Assembly (NCBI GenBank): GCA_051294905.1
Contig: CM119378.1
Span: 27,714,001 to 27,778,000, forward strand
Direction: 5' to 3'
Source of the DNA: Botryllus schlosseri
Taxonomy: Eukaryota
Length of the DNA: 64,000 nucleotides
Shown here: piece after piece, positions 62,001 through 64,000 of the stretch
Numbering within the stretch: position 1 is the stretch's first letter
Layout of the letters: each line of letters begins with the position of its first letter
Notes under the pieces: generated by a model
Database searches by the model: none
Told to the model about the DNA's origin: nothing
What the model saw: the letters and a program-made list of their open reading frames with translations, nothing else
Program-made: the position numbers and the translations under genes

Positions 62001-63647
62001 CCGATTGTACACGGAGAACTAAAAATTGCCATAACTAACGAGAAATCTCAACAGTGACGGCAAGGTTAACTGAAAAAGGTCAACCACAACCTGTTTTGCG
62101 TGCGAGCAAGTCTTTCGGGGGTCGAGTTTGAAAAATACCTTCTTCTAATATTCTCTTAGTCAACGCGATAATACTTCCCGTAAATTGTTTTAAATTACCT
62201 TTTTTTCGGCGACTATTCTATCTTTTGTGATTCGCAAACCGTGTTTTCTTTCCCGAATCTCAAAATGGTAACCCTACCGCAGAAGTGGTCAGTAACAAGA
62301 ACTTCAAGCAGATTTTCGTACTTGCACTACTTCTTCAATTGGTTATAATTTTAGACCACTTCAACTTGACAGTTTTTAGTTTTTTGTCAAAACCAAATCT
62401 AAAATACTTAGTTTTTATCTACTTGTAAATCATTACTCCTATTTCCACCCGTATTTCTAAATTGACAGCATTAATTCTATGTCTACTTCGATAATGATGG
62501 TGAGTACTTTGACTATGACTACTTCTCATTAACCTGTGTTGATATGCAATGCTCTTTCCAATTCAGTACTACTTGCTGACGATTACCCCTGAAGAGTGTC
62601 AGCCGAAAATATGCACGCTTATTTCAATAGGGGTATATTGAAGTTGTGTACCTCCAAGAAGCTCTTGGAATGTTACATTATTCTGTATTGCATGTAGTGA
62701 CTGGCCGTACATCTTCAATATAACTGCCAATGTCGACATAATGATAGCCTCAAAACACAGCAATGTATTTAAATTCAGATTCAACGCTCATAGGAAATGA
62801 TTGTATGAGATCGTGCTTTGACGATGCATGAACAGGAAGTTCAGTTGGGAATCGACTTGATATCAAATTCACTCTCACCACACTGTCTCGATAACGAAAT
62901 TTCACGGTGTGCGATTTACTCGAGCCTCGACTTGACTTACATGACTTGGCTCAGACTCAGAGTCAAATTTTTACGTTAAACTAAAAACATTACTCGACTT
63001 GAATTTAACTCAAAATTGGAAAAAAAATAGGAATGATTGACTCGGAGCTCGACTTGAAAATGAGCTGACTTGACTTGAAATTTGAAATGACTCGTGACTC
63101 GAAGGCAATGATTTTTGTGCATCTGCACATCAAGTCAATCGAAGCAAACTGGAGATATTTGTTGACTCGAGTCAAAACTTGCATTGACTGGCAGAAACTT
63201 GCGACTCGAACGTAGTCACTTGATGTCTGGACAGCGAGCTTGGCTCGTTTCGTACAGTTCTGTTAGCATTTTCAGGAAAACCTGAAACGAGGTTGGAATC
63301 AAAATGAGCGCGTAGAAACATTTCACAAATTACATTACCGGCATTTCTATCTAATTACTCTAATTAGACGGCTCAAACTATCTAGCTGTCCAAATCCACC
63401 TTATACCTGTATGTTGTTTGTTGACGGCAGTCCAGAATGAGCATGTCATTAGGTCACTAGAAGATGTCAAAAAGATTACAAGCGTCCATGTTGTATATTT
63501 TTTCGCAGTTCTTCCACGAATCAAATCGCAAAGGAACCGGCCAAGTCAAGGCAGTTCATGACCAGCCCGGGTCATATCACTGGCGTAAGGGCGCAGCTAC
63601 GAAAATCTCTTTCGGATAACGGAAAGCTGCAGAACATCAACTCGTCG
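34915..63647 (+). CDS. Unidentified multi-exon gene, about 325 aa S/Q/N/P-rich N-terminal part, 3'-incomplete
   Basis: Exons 34915-35005 (gctATGG, ...TTCG|gtaagt), 35898-36038, 39114-39195, 40652-40789, 55251-55423, 58753-58849, 61391-61504, 63509-63647. All are GT-AG with chained phases 1,1,2,2,1,2,2,0 and no stop: MEQFSTEAPLQKRDD...MDDSGQFHDEQGRELEYRLFEEQSYVP...PGDETTILYRLPERMTDGPAGYLIVFNN...LRKSLSDNGKLQNINSS. I recognise no domain. Confidence 0.72.
35898..36038 (+). CDS. Gene 2 exon
   Basis: taaag|GTGACG ... CCAG|gtacgg; phase 1/1; alternative strong ATG (gccATGG) at 35957. Confidence 0.75.
39114..39195 (+). CDS. Gene 2 exon
   Basis: tttacag|TGGAC ... GTCAG|gtacca; phase 1/2. Confidence 0.7.
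40011..40189. repeat. Mini-element: 24-bp inverted repeats enclosing a degenerate GGTTAG/TTAGGG array
   Basis: ttagcatgtgacacttaagcttgc / acaagctcaagtgtcgtatgctaa. Confidence 0.65.
40652..40789 (+). CDS. Gene 2 exon
   Basis: tattcag|GAGAA ... AAAAG|gtattc; phase 2/2. Confidence 0.7.
41928..42355 (+). mobile_element. Family B MITE with (aattctaatctaatttggaaaaactgtgtagct)n arrays; other copies 1-780, 3990-4160, 10670-11330, 40850-41300, 44790-45600, 49205-49517, 55630-56010, 63210-63400
   Basis: CAGACTTGGACAA ... GTCCAAGTCTG ends, TSD-like tatcagag/catcaggg; about 35-40 bp internal tandem units. Confidence 0.75.
42573..44248. mobile_element. Non-autonomous hAT element (1676 bp) in a gene 2 intron
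   Basis: 16-bp perfect TIR CATAGGCGCTGAACTC / GAGTTCAGCGCCTATG; perfect TSD gtaggtag; repeated ggtatgc/gcatacc subterminal motifs. Confidence 0.92.
45272..45507. mobile_element. hAT-Charlie-type MITE inserted into a family B array
   Basis: CAGTGGTTCCCAAC ... GTTTGGAACCACTG; TSD ttctagtg/ttctggtg. Confidence 0.88.
48712..49002 (+). mobile_element. Second copy of the 22102 MITE family
   Basis: Same TIRs and body; TSD tcttaaat/tcttagac. Confidence 0.88.
55251..55423 (+). CDS. Gene 2 exon (Q/N-rich)
   Basis: atttcag|CTCCG ... AACG|gtgata; phase 2/1. Confidence 0.75.
58753..58849 (+). CDS. Gene 2 exon
   Basis: atcgcag|ATTAC ... ATGAG|gtaaac; phase 1/2. Confidence 0.72.
60890..61331 (+). mobile_element. 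Family A MITE with (aactagaact)n arrays; other copies 1570-1625, 4500-4740, 20985-21330, 32090-32525, 32990-33260, 35035-35650, 39470-39845, 56960-57346, 58030-58240
   Basis: CAGACTTGTACAAACT ... AGTTTGTACAAGCCTG ends; longer copies add the module gaatcgtgataccggtgttctgttgtgtgatgttcttgcagcc. Confidence 0.75.
61391..61504 (+). CDS. Gene 2 exon
   Basis: ccaacag|ACCAG ... AGCGA|gtaatg; 114 nt, phase 2/2, open. Confidence 0.68.
61896..62276. mobile_element. hAT-Blackjack-like MITE; relatives at 27516-27653, 28271, 48143, 51680-52014
   Basis: TAGGATTACCAT ... ATGGTAACCCTA; TSD acgcagaa/ccgcagaa. Confidence 0.82.
63509..63647 (+). CDS. Gene 2 exon (last in window)
   Basis: tttcgcag|TTCTT ... TCGTCG|gtatgg; phase 2/0. 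Confidence 0.72.
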
Positions 63648-64000
63648 GTATGGAATGCTGCGCCTGTATACACAAGACTGCTGAATAATAGGCTTTTACC
63701 AAGTGTAATCGCAGCATACAATTGTGAATCGCATTTAGGAATAGCAATAGAACGTTGTATATTTTCGTCCTTGATGCTTTTGCGGCATATACACCGACCC
63801 ATGATATACAAACAACTATCTGTGCATATGCATACCATGAGTGCATGATGTGCATATGCCGCTGGACAAGGAAGGTGCAGATTAGTCTTTGAGGCTTTCT
63901 ATGTTTTGCACCACCTCTCCATGCTATCCCGGTCATGCTGAGCGATAAGCAGGGAAGACATAAATACCAGTGTTACTAATCAGTAGGGCGATTTTTTTTT

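Noticed and set aside
63648-63848. ORF 63558-63848 as the terminal exon of gene 2
   Set aside because: A good donor (TCG|gtatgg) lies at 63647 and composition becomes intron-like afterwards; intron retention is not excluded.

Overview
AT-rich, intron-rich animal genomic DNA. It is invertebrate-like, and a tunicate or other deuterostome is plausible but not provable from sequence alone. No prokaryotic features are present. (1) 852-24064 (+): 18 coding exons of CEBPZ/NOC1/Mak21 (CBF/Mak21 family). All splice phases are consistent, giving 988 aa plus stop; the first exon(s) lie upstream of the window. (2) 34915-63647 (+): 8 phase-consistent exons of an unidentified gene encoding about 325 aa of S/Q/N-rich, domain-less N-terminus; it continues past the window end. 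Most remaining sequence is non-autonomous DNA transposons (hAT types with 8-bp TSDs, Tc2-like, foldback), a deleted hAT with transposase remnants, and two tandem tRNA-derived SINE-like elements. Best leads: a dispersed repeat whose consensus carries a complete minimal hammerhead-ribozyme-like core with a possible pseudoknot and a Penelope-like inverted junction; a hAT transposase remnant resembling a clade I recall mainly from oomycetes, algae and bryophytes; recurrent TA-GGCC-TA insertions that look like transposon excision footprints; a SINE hairpin with compensatory changes; and one internal module shared by Tc2-type and hAT-type elements. All alignments and counts were done by eye, with no database searches.
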